Assembly (NCBI GenBank): GCA_964016885.1
Contig: OZ024740.1
Location: 285,510,001-285,574,000 of the forward strand
Source: Eledone cirrhosa
Lineage: Eukaryota
Reading direction: 5' to 3'
Length of the DNA stretch: 64,000 bases
The position numbers and the translations under genes are program-made. The notes beneath the pieces were generated by a model. That model searched no databases. It saw nothing but the letters and a program-made list of their open reading frames with translations, and was not told where the DNA came from. This document shows, in pieces, positions 51,152-64,000 of this stretch (positions are counted from its first letter, which is position 1; the number at the start of each line of letters is the position of its first letter).

Positions 51152-51984
51152 GCATTCCTAGAGGGTCGACTTCTGGTCATTATTGAAAGTGTCTGGATTT
51201 CGCAAAATACAAAATATTTCTTATTGGAAAAGGTAAGATATTTTTTCCGCAAAAATTTGATTGCACTGTTTTGTTTCCACTTATGTATTTTTCGAACAAG
51301 TTATTTATTCATTATAAAAATTAAATGATAGCATTCTATATATAGGTGGGCCCCCTTCATCTCCTGGCAACCAATATTTTTAGACCCAGCCCGCCACTGT
51401 ATATATATATATATATATATATACAAGTGGAAACTTAGTAAAATCGAAGCTTTGGCTGTGGCCAAGCTAAGTCGACCTACAATAAGGAATGAGTTAGCAA
51501 AGCACTCAATAAGGGTTGGTCCTTAGAGTAATAACATACGTTTAAATGCCTTGACAAATTGAACATTGCGGTAGGCAAAACCCAACCACACAATACCAAA
51601 GCAACGAAAGAACTAATATGTATGTATATGTGTGTATGTATGTGTGTGTATAATTCTTAAGGCCAGTTACTACAACGGCACCGTACCAGGTACATACGTT
51701 ACGTTAGCTCCGAGGATAAGCACAGAGCATAATTTTCCGTAGTCTTGATAATGTTTATTATAAAAATCGTCGATAATTGGTGATTGATATCAATCATTAA
51801 AATCAATTATAAACATCGTATTCTGGATTTCCATGAAACGACTGTATGAGAATTTTTATTTGAGTTTTGTTTATCAACTTGATATATGGAAAAGATATGT
51901 TGGTATATCGTTTAAATCTATATGCCACGGCCACCGTACTTGCTATTAACTAAAATGTGTGCACTCTGAACTACGGGATGCAGT

Positions 51985-53338
51985 CTCACACACACACCAG
52001 TACATATATCCACTCACTCACACACCCTACTACCACCACTAACCCCCACCCACATATCCACATCCAACCACCCCACCACTAATAATACTAAACATCCACC
52101 CAACCCACTTTCCCTCTCACCACATACACCAGCATACACTCACTCCCACCCACGTACACACCGATACACCGCCCACTCCACACCCACACTACCCACACCC
52201 ACACTACCGTATTCGACCCCCACCATAATACTAACACCCACCCTATCACACACACACACACACTCATACCCAAACACGCACACACACACCAGTACATTAC
52301 CCTCACTCATACTGTCCCCAGCACCTTCTCTCTCGCCCCCGTACTACCCTCCCCACATACATATCCTACTAACACCTCCACTAATATACCCCCCCCCCAC
52401 ACCGCACTAACCCACCTCCTCTCCTGTCCACTGCACCTTCGCACACACATACAGACCATCCCTACCACTCACCTGTCTGTCATCCTCCTAAATGCTATCT
52501 CCTCTCTCTCTCTCGCATCCTTCGCCCTGCCTTCTCCACCGCCTGCCTTGGCCTTGACCACTTCCTGTTGCGCGCGCACTCCACAAATCTCTACTTCCTC
52601 CGCACCATTCCACGGAGTCTACACCACTACGCTCCAGACATCCACCTTCTTATACTCAGATTTTTCACCATCTCCCATACACTCATCGGCAAAACATTCA
52701 GGAACACACACACGTACACTATTTTCGTTCCCACGTATCCACACCACACAAAAACATACACACACACGTGCGTATCCTCACACACACATACTCGGCGTCC
52801 GGACTCCGCATTCCCCCTCTCCCCCACCCCTCCTATCTCTCTCCATCCACACGCGCACACACACTGACTTACACACACCCCATGTATACACTGGTCTTCC
52901 TATTACCCGAACATAGAACCTCGTTCTTTCCCAAACTCTCACTCACATCCACACATACACACACATACGTACACCTACACACATACACACACGTACACCT
53001 ACACACACACACACCACCTTCCACCCTACCCGCTCGGACCCCCTGTCTTCTCCTCTCTCCCCCCTCCATCCACTCACCACCACCCCTACACACCTCACAC
53101 CTTTTCACCACTTGTTTTCATTTTAATTTTTTTACTCTCTTTTTAATTTTTTTTCCTTCCCCTTAATGTCTTCCCACCACTCCTCTCACACCCTCGGAAC
53201 TCTTTTCGTTCCCACTTTTCTCCTGATGAAGGGCTTATGCCCGAAACGTCGTCCCTCACCCCCACTCTCAAGCGTGAACCTAATACTAACACTTTGTACT
53301 GCACTCTTCTTTTTTGTTTTTGTTTTTTGTTTTAATTT

Positions 53339-53340
<2 letters not shown>
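51985..53340 (+). mobile_element. C/A-rich decayed PLE-like element ending in a minimal hammerhead-like motif (53223-53250)
   Basis: Strong strand skew. CTGATGA-AGGGC-TTAT-GCCC-GAAA-CGTC is followed ~90 bp later by (TA)n. Stem I pairs poorly. Confidence 0.55.
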
Positions 53341-53424
<84 letters not shown>

Positions 53425-53489
53425 TGAAAATAGACCGAGAAACAGGAATGTCCATCATCAGTAGTCTGCTGATTATCATTGGTATTTCT

Positions 53490-53984
53490 TCGCATTAAAG
53501 ACTAGGTACCTAAAGTCAGTGCGAGCGATAACTAAATAAAGTTATCGGGACAGAGCGAATTGGAAGGGGAAAGTGAACAAACATGGTAGTAATGCAACGT
53601 AAAGAGAGGAAAAGAGAGACAAGTCAGTGAATCTTGTGGACTTAAGTCTGAACGAATCAAATGACGAGAAGAGGCAGACACGTCCGAGCCACGCGAAAAG
53701 TGAGAGAGAAAAGAATTTCTCACAGGTCAGACAGGAGGAAGTGAGAGATGGGGAGTAGCAGAGAGTGAGTGAGTGAAAGTGTGAGGAAGAGGCCAGCCGA
53801 GAGTGTGTGACCAGCAGCGGGGGTGAAAGAAAGCAAGAGGTAAAGGAGAGAGTCGGGGGAGAGAGAAAGAGGATAGCAGTAAGGTGACAGAAAAAATACG
53901 AACCACAGCGAGGGGAAAAAATATATGTGAATGAAAAAATGGCGTGCTGCGTTGTTGCGAATGTGAACATATGAATGAAAAAGG

Positions 53985-53990
<6 letters not shown>
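53490..53990 (-). repeat. Diverged single relative of the satellite unit (another at ~54910-55300)
   Basis: Shares CCTCTTCCTCACACTTTCACTCACTCACTCTCTGCTACTCCC and GCAGCACGCCATTTTT on the minus strand. Confidence 0.75.
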
Positions 53991-54024
<34 letters not shown>

Positions 54025-55499
54025 GAATAATCGAGTATCGAAAAATCGGCGCACGAGTTCACGATAAACAAAATTCGACATGAGTGGCAGAGGGCTCAAT
54101 AATTCAGATAAATCAGAGCTATAACTATCGTTAAAATACCAACACACATAGATTATGTCTAAAATCAACCATACGACCGAAAAATTACGATCAGGAAGTT
54201 TCGGGTCACTCAGATAAAATATCAATAAATCAATAAATCATATGAATGTAAAAAGCTTACCCGGACCCACTAGAAAGATGGTAAATCTAGCTTCTTGGGT
54301 TTCTGTAAGTCCTTAAACCGCCCACTATCAGCCCACATAAAAATATATAAGACTTCTAGAGAGCGGCGGACAGGAAATACTTTATCAACGAGCTTTGTCC
54401 AAACGAATAAAAAAGCCAACCCTAGCTGAAAACGCACATGGAATCCAGAAAGGGAGATAACCTCTATATCCGCGAAAAATATTCGGGAATGTGGAAAATC
54501 ACATATCGAATAAGAGTGCTCAATAGACATGTTAAAATAAACAGGAGCTATTCATCATTTAATAGGATCGACAAAAAATGAACAATAAAATTAACTGGTC
54601 AATAGCTAAGTCTAGAGCTATGTGTGTGTGTGTAGATAAATCTACCAAAATTATTTCTGAAGTCACCATATATATGTGTAGGTATGTATATTCCCTCTGA
54701 TAGTTTGTAAAATGTTTACATAGATCTATGATATACATACCAACACACACATATATATCCTAGAAACGATCATAAAATGATGAATTTTTTAATATAAGGA
54801 ACTGTTTCTGTGTCTTTATTCATTCTTTATATATATATATATATTGCCCCAGCATGACCTCAGCCGGATGGCTGAAACAGGTAAAAGAGTATATATATAT
54901 ATATATATAGAAAAATACTGCAGGTAGCACATGGTAACATGTAATAAAATAAGTCCCTCATCAGTGATTTGCCGAAGATCATAGATATTTCATTGCATTA
55001 AAAATCATATATCTCACTTCGGTGCAATAATAACCAAAATAAGTTATTAGGACAATTAAAACGCGTAAAGCGAGTGAGACAGGAGAACAACAGAAAATAT
55101 AGCATACCGTAAGGGAGAAACAAGCTTCAAAAATTATTCTGTTTAGCATAAGCTAGGTGAATATATGAGCGCTTAGAGAATAGAACCTACACGAACGAGG
55201 GCTATGAGCAGAGAGAGAAAAAATAGCGTTCGTGAGTGCAGGATGAAATGAAGAGAAGAGGGAGAAAAACAGTGAGTGAGTGAAAGTGTGAGGAAGAGTT
55301 AACGGACAAGACAGACTTACATTTATACATACATAACTATGAGAATTTATAGAAGATCTTCCAAATGTTAAGTGAAAATCAATTATGAAATTAGCTTTTG
55401 ATTTAAATGTGTTAAAATATATAATGTTTCGAACGTCAGGAAGAAAAGAGAAAAAACTCAATTTCAGACTAAATGTTGATAAGGCGCCAGAATAGTCAA

Positions 55500-55720
55500 C
55501 AACCCCCACGAGCATCACCCGATACTTTGGAAATGCGAGTCGCGGTCGCCGTCAAGACCTCTGTGTCCTCGGACCCCGCACAGCTGACCTCTTCCATAAA
55601 ATGGGAATGACAGCAACCCGTCCGAGGAAGGAGCCCCGGGAGGTGGGGGTGGCTGTTGCGGCGAGTGTTGCTGGTCATTGTCCACAATAATGCCTTTACC
55701 AATTTATCCGCGGGCGCAAC
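55500..55720 (+). mobile_element. Probable CRE-clade LINE RLE C-terminal fragment
   Basis: Frameshifted VAVKT..VLGPRTADLFHKMG..EPREV..WLLRRVLLVIVHNNA resembles the ET.G..G...QR.S.AI.RGNA signature. Confidence 0.5.
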
Positions 55721-55772
55721 CGAAACACCACTCTGACTTAGGTGGAGAGTATATCACCTTCTCCTCTTCCCC

Positions 55773-55823
<51 letters not shown>

Positions 55824-57021
55824 TCGTTACTTAATAATCCTTGTCCTTTACCTCCTTTTCCTCTCATTTATAGTCTTTTGCAATGCTGCTACTTTTTCTT
55901 TATGTTTGACTAAATATTAATTTATTTATCATTTGTATGTAATATTACATATAATAAAACCCACGTTGTCTTGTCAGCGGACCAGCTGTCTCCAACCACT
56001 CGAATGTCACAAGCTGAAAAATGTAATTTACCAATAAACCACGGTATCTCAATAGTTTATTCCGTTCTGTTACTGTTGCAGTGAACCCCACCACCTCTGT
56101 TAAACAATAGAGACTGCTTCATCTAGCACATATCCATATATGTGGGGAGGAATGAATGTCAAGTATTTTATATTCTGAAGAGTCTAAATCGTTATTTGTT
56201 TATGATGAACTGTGTAACATGTACACACATTGTTCATAGTGTTGCCTCATAATCAATCTTTTCTTTTATATTTTATAATATTTTCTTTGGTATATTTATA
56301 TCATAATGATAGTTCTTATAGCCTGAAAGTATGTAAAATATATTTATTACGTCATAGTTGAAGGCAAGTGAAATAATTGGATAAAATTAAACTGTTTCCA
56401 GACCAACCATTGATATCACAATCTGCTAACATTTACGTATTATCTCAGACTGTCGGTGAATCAGCAGTATCGGTAGGATGAAAGGCAAAGTTAACCTCGA
56501 CGAGATTTGAACTCAGACTGTTTATTCTCAGCATTGTGGTTTTCACTCTTATTGTCAACCTCGTCGCCCTGAGCCAATGTGTCGCCAAATCTTCCTAAAA
56601 CTACACTCTGCCATCGCGAAAACAGGGTGTCTTGGATAAGTAATTCTAAATTCAGTGTATTTTGAAAAAAAAAAAAAAGGTGATGCGGGAGGATTCTCAT
56701 GGCTAAAATGGTTTTGGGTTATAGGTCTGTTTGATAAGAATTGACCTGGGACTAAACAACAGCAACAGCAACAGGAATCTTATTGACTCAAGCCAACGAG
56801 GGAGTTTCTGTATGGAAAATATCAACCTCAAAACTTCCTCAAACACTGGAATGTCCTCGAATGTAGAGTAAAAAGAATAGACATTGGATAGTGTAATTCT
56901 CAACATAAAAGACGTTGTGGTCATGTGTGTAATGTTATTTGATCAAGGCTCACCTGAGGCTCAATAGCATTCCCATCACCTTCGTGGCTGCTTTCTCTTC
57001 TCCATAATAATCCTGAAGTCA

Positions 57022-57245
57022 GGGCGGTGGGTTGGCAGTATCATTTGGGCGTCGGACAATATGCTTCGCGGCACAGTTACGGCTCTTTGCGTACTGATTT
57101 CAAATCTCACCGAGGTTAGCTTTTTTTTTCTTTTATCCTTACGGGGTCGATAAATAAAGTACTAGTAACGCACTGTGGTTGATTTAATCGACTTTCCCCT
57201 CCTCCAAAATTGTTGAGCTTGTGCCTAAATCAAAAATCATTATCA
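57022..57245 (+). mobile_element. Diverged SINE family A
   Basis: GGCGGTGGGTTGGCAGTATC head and CCTTACGGGGTCGATAAA body. Confidence 0.75.
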
Positions 57246-58274
57246 ATAAAGAAATTATTGTTATCATCGCCATCATCATCTTCACTATTAATTCCGTTTC
57301 GCAGTTAAGTTGTTAAAGGGAAGAAATCGTAGGTTGGCACAGATTTGAATACCGGGAACTATCAAATAACTATTTTTTCCACCCTTTGGTGTTCGAGACG
57401 TTTGGTGTAGCTGGGCCGCTGACAGCGAAGTTCTTGTCATCGCTGGCGGCTCGCCTTACCGGGTGATGCCTTGTGTCCTTGGGCAAGACACTTTATTTCA
57501 CGTTGCTCCTTCTGTCAGGAGTTGCGTCCGGTAGAATAGTTTCAGCAATGAAAAGACCAGAAACACTGTTTCCTTGGTCCGATTTGACGAGGGCCATCCC
57601 ACTCGGCAAGCGAATGAGGTCTGGGTTCCTGTCGTATCAGAGCGAGTGGCATAAAAAGATGAAGCAAATAAATCAATTATACCCTAGTGCAGGGAATGCT
57701 GGTGTGGCCCACTATAAAATTTTAAGGTAACACATAACACTCACGTACACGGTATTACCACGAGTGATAGCGAGACTGAGGTGTTGGAATATCCAAGCAT
57801 CCCCACGCGCGTTATTTCGCGCCTTCAGTAAAGAGAGCGTCCAACTATGACAAAACCCTCGTTGCCAACGGTTCAGCTCCTCGGAACATCTTGAATTTTA
57901 CAGGTTGATAAATATTTACTAATGATATATCAGGAGTCTTTGTTCTGTATACTCTTCCAGCCTCAATGATCATGTTTTTAAACACTTTTTACTATGGTTA
58001 ACCGGGGAGAAGTAAAAATGAAGCATTATAGGAAACATTTACAATAAATATGTTTTATAATTTTATTTTTATTTATCTATTTATTTTTATTTATCTTTCT
58101 TTGCATCTATTTTTTTGCATCTATTTTGTAAATAGTATTTTTATAATATATATTTGATTATTTAAAAATATTTTATGTAAATACAAGGAATTTAAAAATA
58201 ATTTACTGACAATTTACTGAGGTCCTAAGCAACCCCATATACTGTATATGGAAGAAACTTCAATATACTGTACT

Positions 58275-58430
58275 CAGTGCCGGATTTTAGGACAAATGAG
58301 GCCTTGTGCTAGTTAAGTTGGGCTCTGAAAGAGGTAAAAAAAATTGTTAGCAGGAAGATGCCCCCTCCCCCCCTGGCCAACGGGGCCCTGTGCTTCAGCA
58401 CACATAAGAACAATGGTAAATCCGGCACTG
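58275..58430. mobile_element. Small hAT-like MITE
   Basis: TIR CAGTGCCGGATTT / AAATCCGGCACTG. The 8-bp flanks ACTGTACT / AGTGTATT match at 6/8. Confidence 0.7.
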
Positions 58431-59439
58431 AGTGTATTGGAAAAATAATTAAGCATGTGCTTAATGATTAATCCAGAGTGATCACAAGTTTAAGGTTTGG
58501 TTAATCGGCATAACTAGTTCAGTAAAGTAGTTTATAATGTATACTTTTAAATGAAATTTTGCAGAGGTTTTCTACGATGTAGATTATAAGGTTTCTATCA
58601 AATTTCATTTTAATGTATGCATTATTAAGAAAGTTTTGATAAAACAAAGTCGGTTGTGGTGGTGAGGGGTGGCGGAAGAGGAAAGCACTAAACTGTAGTT
58701 ATGTCGGGTAATCAATGTTTGTTTCGATGCGAAGTATGTTGTTTAAAGGTTTATGGCTGGGAAGCTCTGAGATCGAAAAGTTTCGGAGTTTTCTCCTGTG
58801 TTCGCTGAAACAATTAGCCAGCAACTAATTTTTATCTTTTTGGGGGGTTTTGTTTTCCTCAAAATATTTCTAATTAGATTGTAGATGCTCACTTATGGAT
58901 AATGACTGAGTATTTTCACCTTTTATGCATATAAATTTTGCTTGAGAACGAGTCGCAGGTGACGGATAGCGAAACGGCCAACAGATATGATGGTTAGTAG
59001 CGATATAAGCGGGCTCCTGTCAGACGAATAAGCGGCCCCGAACCAACAGCAATAAGCTACTAGGGGAGATGGAGCAATGAGTGACACAGATAGCTTTCAA
59101 GAAAACTCTACAATCCAACGATGTGGTTATGACGAGGCGAGTAAAGGTCGCCTCTAAATCAGCCAAGTCTTCGCGGGTTTGAGAAAATTACGAAATTGGT
59201 GACTGGCATGAATAAGACCACCAAAAAACTGCAGTATGGTTAGATACAACAAAAGCTTTCATATTGCGTCGTCATTGACGCAGGCTAACAAGAGACGCAC
59301 TCAGGTCTTAGGTAGAGGGCCCTGTTCGAAAGATATATTCCAATCTCCATCCAAACTGGGAGCATGAGATGGACGCACAAAGGTTGCGTATCCCGAGACC
59401 CCGTACAACCCTTATAGTTGAAGAAAGAAAGAGCGGCCA

Positions 59440-60325
59440 AGAAATCCATTGAAACACATTGACTGGCACCATGTTTCCAATGATAACCTGTCAAACAACT
59501 ACTCTGTTTCAGTTTTTAATCGCTTCTCATCTGTAGACGCAAATGCAATTGTCAAATACAATCACACTAAAGAGAGTGCGGAGGATATTTTTCTTAACTC
59601 ATTGCCCCCCCCCCCCCCCAAATCAACATCTCTGCTCAGCACAGAGCAGGTCAACATGCAGCGGTTTGGAGATCTATTAATGAAATAAACGTTCAAGGTG
59701 GTTCAGTCTAAAAACGTAAATCTGGATGGTTGGGGCACTTCAAAAAACTTCTTGGAGAACCTCTCAAAGTAACACCTGATCTTCCCAAGATTCAGGTTTC
59801 TGATCCACTCAATATTCCAATGACCCCATTTGAGAATTTACCTAAAAATAAGGCCATTTGTCCCGACAACATACCAGTGATTATTTGGAAGAATAAAAAC
59901 TTCCACCATCTCCTCCTTAAACTCTGCAGCCGTGAACACAACACCCAAAATGCTCCTCAACTTTAGCTCACCTCAGACGTAGTTCTACTTCCAAAGAAGG
60001 GAAATCTTGCTCTATTTAAAAAATTATCCAGGCATCTCACTGACAGCTATTGCTGTTAAGATCTACAAGTTAATTCTCAACATAATACTTCCTTTCCTGA
60101 ATGGCAGTTTGAAGAGAACTCAAAACGAATTTCGTAGAGGACATTCCACAACTACACAGACTCTTGCTGAGAATCATTGAAGAATCATTGAAGAAATGAT
60201 CAATAAAGATTTTTGCATTATTTTATAGACTTTATGAAAGCATTCGACTCAATCAACCGAAAGGCAATGTTTGACATACTGCCACATTATGTCATTCCAG
60301 AGAAGATAGTTAAAGCAATAAGAGA
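59440..60325 (+). mobile_element. Old degraded RTE LINE fragment
   Basis: VFNRFS, WLGHFKKLLGEP, KAICPDNIP, LPKKGNL, GISLTAIAVKIY, QNEFRRG and FIDFMKAFDSINR, across frameshifts. Confidence 0.75.
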
Positions 60326-60809
60326 TTAATTAAAGAAAGTTGAAAGTGTTCCTCGAACGAAAGTTGTCTCAGGCATCTGCTTTAATGTAACAGAGATAGC
60401 TGTAATTCAAGTTTTCTGTGTTAATAGATTCTTATCATATCGCATATTAATTATTTAACATATTGATAATAGTTATCTTGTTTTGTAGAATTCTGAAATA
60501 CAAAAGAACAGCTAGACAATGAAAAATATCAGTTTTTTTTCAGTAAACAACTGCTTCTTCAGTATGATCTATGCTTTCTTCTAGCCTCACATTGCGAGGT
60601 CTACAAAGTCAAGGACTTATGAGATCTTGTATAGCTGTTTGTCACAATATTGTTTGAACCAATGTTGTCTTTTAGCAGTATCAACAGTTAAGATGTTGTT
60701 GGACCTTCATCGGTTCTGACGACGAGCATTTCAGTTGTTTAATCAACAGAACAACCTACTCATGAGATTAATTTTCAAGTCGCTTCAGTACCGTAGACGA
60801 GATAACTCG

Positions 60810-62372
60810 TCATACGTAAGATCAACCACAAACATATCTCTAAAGAAATTAACCTACCAACACGCACCATAGCACCAAATACAAAACACAAACACACAAC
60901 AACAACACAACCACAAACGCATCAGAACACATCACAACAAAACATTAATAGGCCTAAATCACAACCCACCCACAACAACTTACAAAACCGCAACGATGAA
61001 CCTGCACAAAATAAAACCTCAAATTGTAATTGCCACCTACCGGATAAATGCCCACTACGGAATAGATGCCTGGATTCAAGTATGGTATACCGGTGTACTT
61101 TGAATTCAGGCAATTCTACCTGGCACTACATAGGTTCCACGGCTGGGTAGTTTAAGAAAAGGTGGTACGTCCACAGACACTCCATAAAGAACCGTGCACT
61201 GGAGAACTCTACGACGCTCGCCAATAAAATCTGGCAGCTTAAGGACAGAAACCTAGAATATAAGATTAGCTGGTCAAAATTATCGGTAGCGAAAGCCTAC
61301 AGCAACGGTATGTCCCACTGCGGGCGTTGTAATTTAGAACTACTACATATTTTAAGGTACGATGGGATGCTGCTTAACAGCAAAATAGAAAGATCTATTT
61401 TCTGTAGACATAAAATATGTACTAGATTCACAAACTTTAAACCACCATGAATTGAACCAGCAATCCCCAAATTAGTACTGAACCACCTAAATTTTAACAT
61501 ATAGAATACACACCATCGCACTGCTATTAGCTATCAAACGGCCAACTGGTCACTGGATCATAAATTTCTGAACATTTCTTTCACCTCCTTCCCTGACACA
61601 ACATCAACCCCATTAAGATAGAACAATCAGCAAAACATTTACAACAAGCGTTTATCAAATGTCCCGTCATCCCTAGCCCATAAATATCATACATACATCC
61701 AGCAATTAATCTCTAATTTATTGTCTCTTTTATCGGACCCTCTACACGTATCTATGTACATCTCGAATCTAGTTTCCCACCAACGAATCCTTATAAGAAC
61801 ACTTACTCAAAAACTACTACTATGTACTTACACGCTCTCACTTATTTATTTATTTATCTCTTTATATTTTACATTCTCTCATTTTCTTACTTTTTAATGT
61901 ACCCTATCTTATATTCTACTTTTACTTTTTACATCTGTAACTTCTCTACCTATTTACCATACATGTATTATTATTGATGCTATTGTTTAGATTATACGCT
62001 ATTTCTCTATATAGGTCTTGCCTCGAGTGAATTATTTTCATATCTACGTACTATGATATGTTGATCATAGGTGAATAATGTATTGGAGATCGAATAACGC
62101 AACATCAAGTGATTAGCGAACTCTAGACCCACATGATCAACGAAACAATTGTCAGTACTTTAAATAAAGCCCTTATTGTACAGCCAACCATGTTAATCTT
62201 CATGCTTTAACTATTATTACTCCAAGTATAACGTGCATAAAAATTACCGCGAACTCGCTGCATAACTATGAAAGCATCTTGTTGAGTCAAAAAAAGCCGT
62301 CCGTTAAAACTATCCACGACGCAGAGCACTCACAACCTCTAACTGGATTACCTATAACGATAACTTGTTATC

Positions 62373-62380
<8 letters not shown>
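60810..62380 (+). mobile_element. PLE 3' end (Naiad-like GIY-YIG endonuclease, ~61025-61450) and terminal repeat
   Basis: CNCHLPDKCPLRNRCLDSSMVYRC..HYIGSTAG*FKKRW..STTLANKIW..CGRCNLE..LLN..E..CRHK. A decayed hammerhead remnant ...CGAAACAATTGTC lies at ~62107-62160. Confidence 0.8.
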
Positions 62381-62448
<68 letters not shown>

Positions 62449-62456
<8 letters not shown>

Positions 62457-63030
62457 ATACTTTGGGAGGGTCATGTTGCCAATAAGAAACATACGCACCA
62501 GTTGCTTTCACTTCAATTTAATTTATTATATATTTATAAATTTACAAATTTATAAATTTCTGGTTGGTTGGTTGGTTCCACAACCAGATATTTGTTTATA
62601 TATATATAGTCATAGTTCTTTCGTCACACACTCTGTGACCTCTTCAGTGACTGGGGATTTCTTTCTTCGTTTCTGTGCCTTTCCTTTCTTCTATCCTACG
62701 CCATTTTGTTGGCGTAGGATAGAAGAAAGGAAAGGCACAGAAACGAAGAAAGAAATCCCCAGTCACTGAAGAGGTCACAGAGTGTGTGACGAAAGAACTA
62801 TGACTATATATATATAAACAAATATCTGGTTGTGGAACCAACCAACCAACCAGAAATTTATAAATTTGTAAATTTATAAATATATAATAAATTAAATTGA
62901 AGTGAAAGCAACTGGTGCGTGTGTTTCTTATTGGCAACATGACCCTCCCAAAGTATAACAATATCGGTTTCAACACACGATTTCAGATAAAGAATCTTGC
63001 TAAACAAATTCAGAAACGAAATATATATAT
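62449..63030. mobile_element. PLE-type terminal repeat with a near-perfect 516-bp palindrome (62449-62964) and two inverted hammerheads
   Basis: 255-bp arms and a 6-nt loop (62704-62709). The + hammerhead at 62761-62805 reads AGTCA-CTGAAGA-GGTCAC..GTGAC-GAAA-GAACTA-TGACT; its mirror copy is at 62609-62652. Confidence 0.9.
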
Positions 63031-63316
63031 ATAATATTATATAAATGTGAAATGGGCGAAAATTGTCTGAGTCGTGTCTGGATACAGGCAAAAGGGTAGT
63101 ACCAATGCTCTGATTGTCATGTCTACGTATGTATGTATGTATATATGTATCCTACACACATCCCTATACTATTTAACCTAAAATACTTTTATATCCATCT
63201 TTTAGTGAAGCATTTCCAATTCATTATACGTAAACAATGACATTAATTTTAATTTTTTGTTTAGCATTTTACATTCAATGCCTCTCTTTTTTAATGCAAC
63301 TTTTTATTGAAACGTT

Positions 63317-64000
63317 GTGCTGGCTAATATGATACATGGACCCTGTGGTGCCCTTAACAGCCAAAATTCATGCATGGAGGGGAACAAGTGCACCAAACAC
63401 TACCCCAGAGCCTCCACCAGGGAAACTTGCACTGGGGTTGACAGCTACCCCATCTACCGGCAAGTTGCTCCCGATTTTGGCGGCTTTCGGCTAGGATTAA
63501 GAAGAAAGGGAAAGAATACGACATTGACAACAGCTGGGTGGTGCCTTACAGCCCTTTGCTTGCTAAAATTTTTAATGCTCACATCAATGTGGAGTCCTGC
63601 ACATCTGTTAAAAGCATTAAATACATCTGCAAATACATCAACAAAGGCGGCGACATGGCGGTGGTTGGCCTCAATGATGGCGTAGAATCAAAAGACCAAA
63701 TTACTCAGTTCATGATGGGAAGATACATTTCGTCCAATATGGCGGCTTGGTGCATTTTGGGGCTTGAAATTCACCGGTGCTCTCCAGCAGTTGTTAACTT
63801 GGATGTTCACTTAGAGAATGGTCAACGCGTTTATTTCACTGAGGAAACCGCATGGGCTGCTGCCGAACAGCCACCTGAGACGACGCTTACAGCATTTTTA
63901 AAGCTATGTTCTGTCGATACGTTTGCAGTTACTCTTTTTTACGTCGATGTACCTACCTACTTCACTTGGTCGAACAAAAAATGGCATCGACGGCGACAAT
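63317..64000 (+). mobile_element. Helitron Rep/Helicase fragment (Rep domain), running off the window end
   Basis: MIHGPCG..C..C.KHYP..YPIYR, then after a frameshift IDNSWVVPYSPLL..AHINVESC.SVKSIKYICKYINKGGD, GRYISS..AAW and VHLENGQRVYF. Confidence 0.9.

Noticed and set aside
56530-56930. Possible host exon in non-repetitive sequence
   Set aside because: There is no convincing frame, splice pair or recognisable domain.

Overview
This is AT-rich, repeat-dense animal genomic DNA, and I can identify no intact host gene in it. The tRNA-derived SINE families, abundant (TA)n/(CA)n tracts and a TTAGGG repeat suggest an invertebrate, probably an octopus-like cephalopod (inference). Most ORFs in the track are microsatellite or satellite artefacts. 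The most unusual feature is an endogenous parvovirus-like element (~3340-6160, minus strand). Its NS1 (HUH nuclease plus SF3 helicase) becomes one open frame when a single 366-bp SINE insertion is removed. A capsid-like gene lies upstream of NS1 on the same strand and overlaps it, the reverse of the usual rep-cap order. The window also holds an RTE LINE with a twin-priming-type inversion, a DD37D (maT) transposon, a non-autonomous Gypsy-like LTR element, fragments of CR1, L1/Tx1, R4/Dong, CRE and RTE LINEs, Helitron pieces and hAT MITEs. Several Penelope-like (PLE) remnants carry type I hammerhead ribozyme motifs. There are several long palindromes and a ~14-kb satellite of ~514/~410-bp units that may derive from a PLE terminal repeat.
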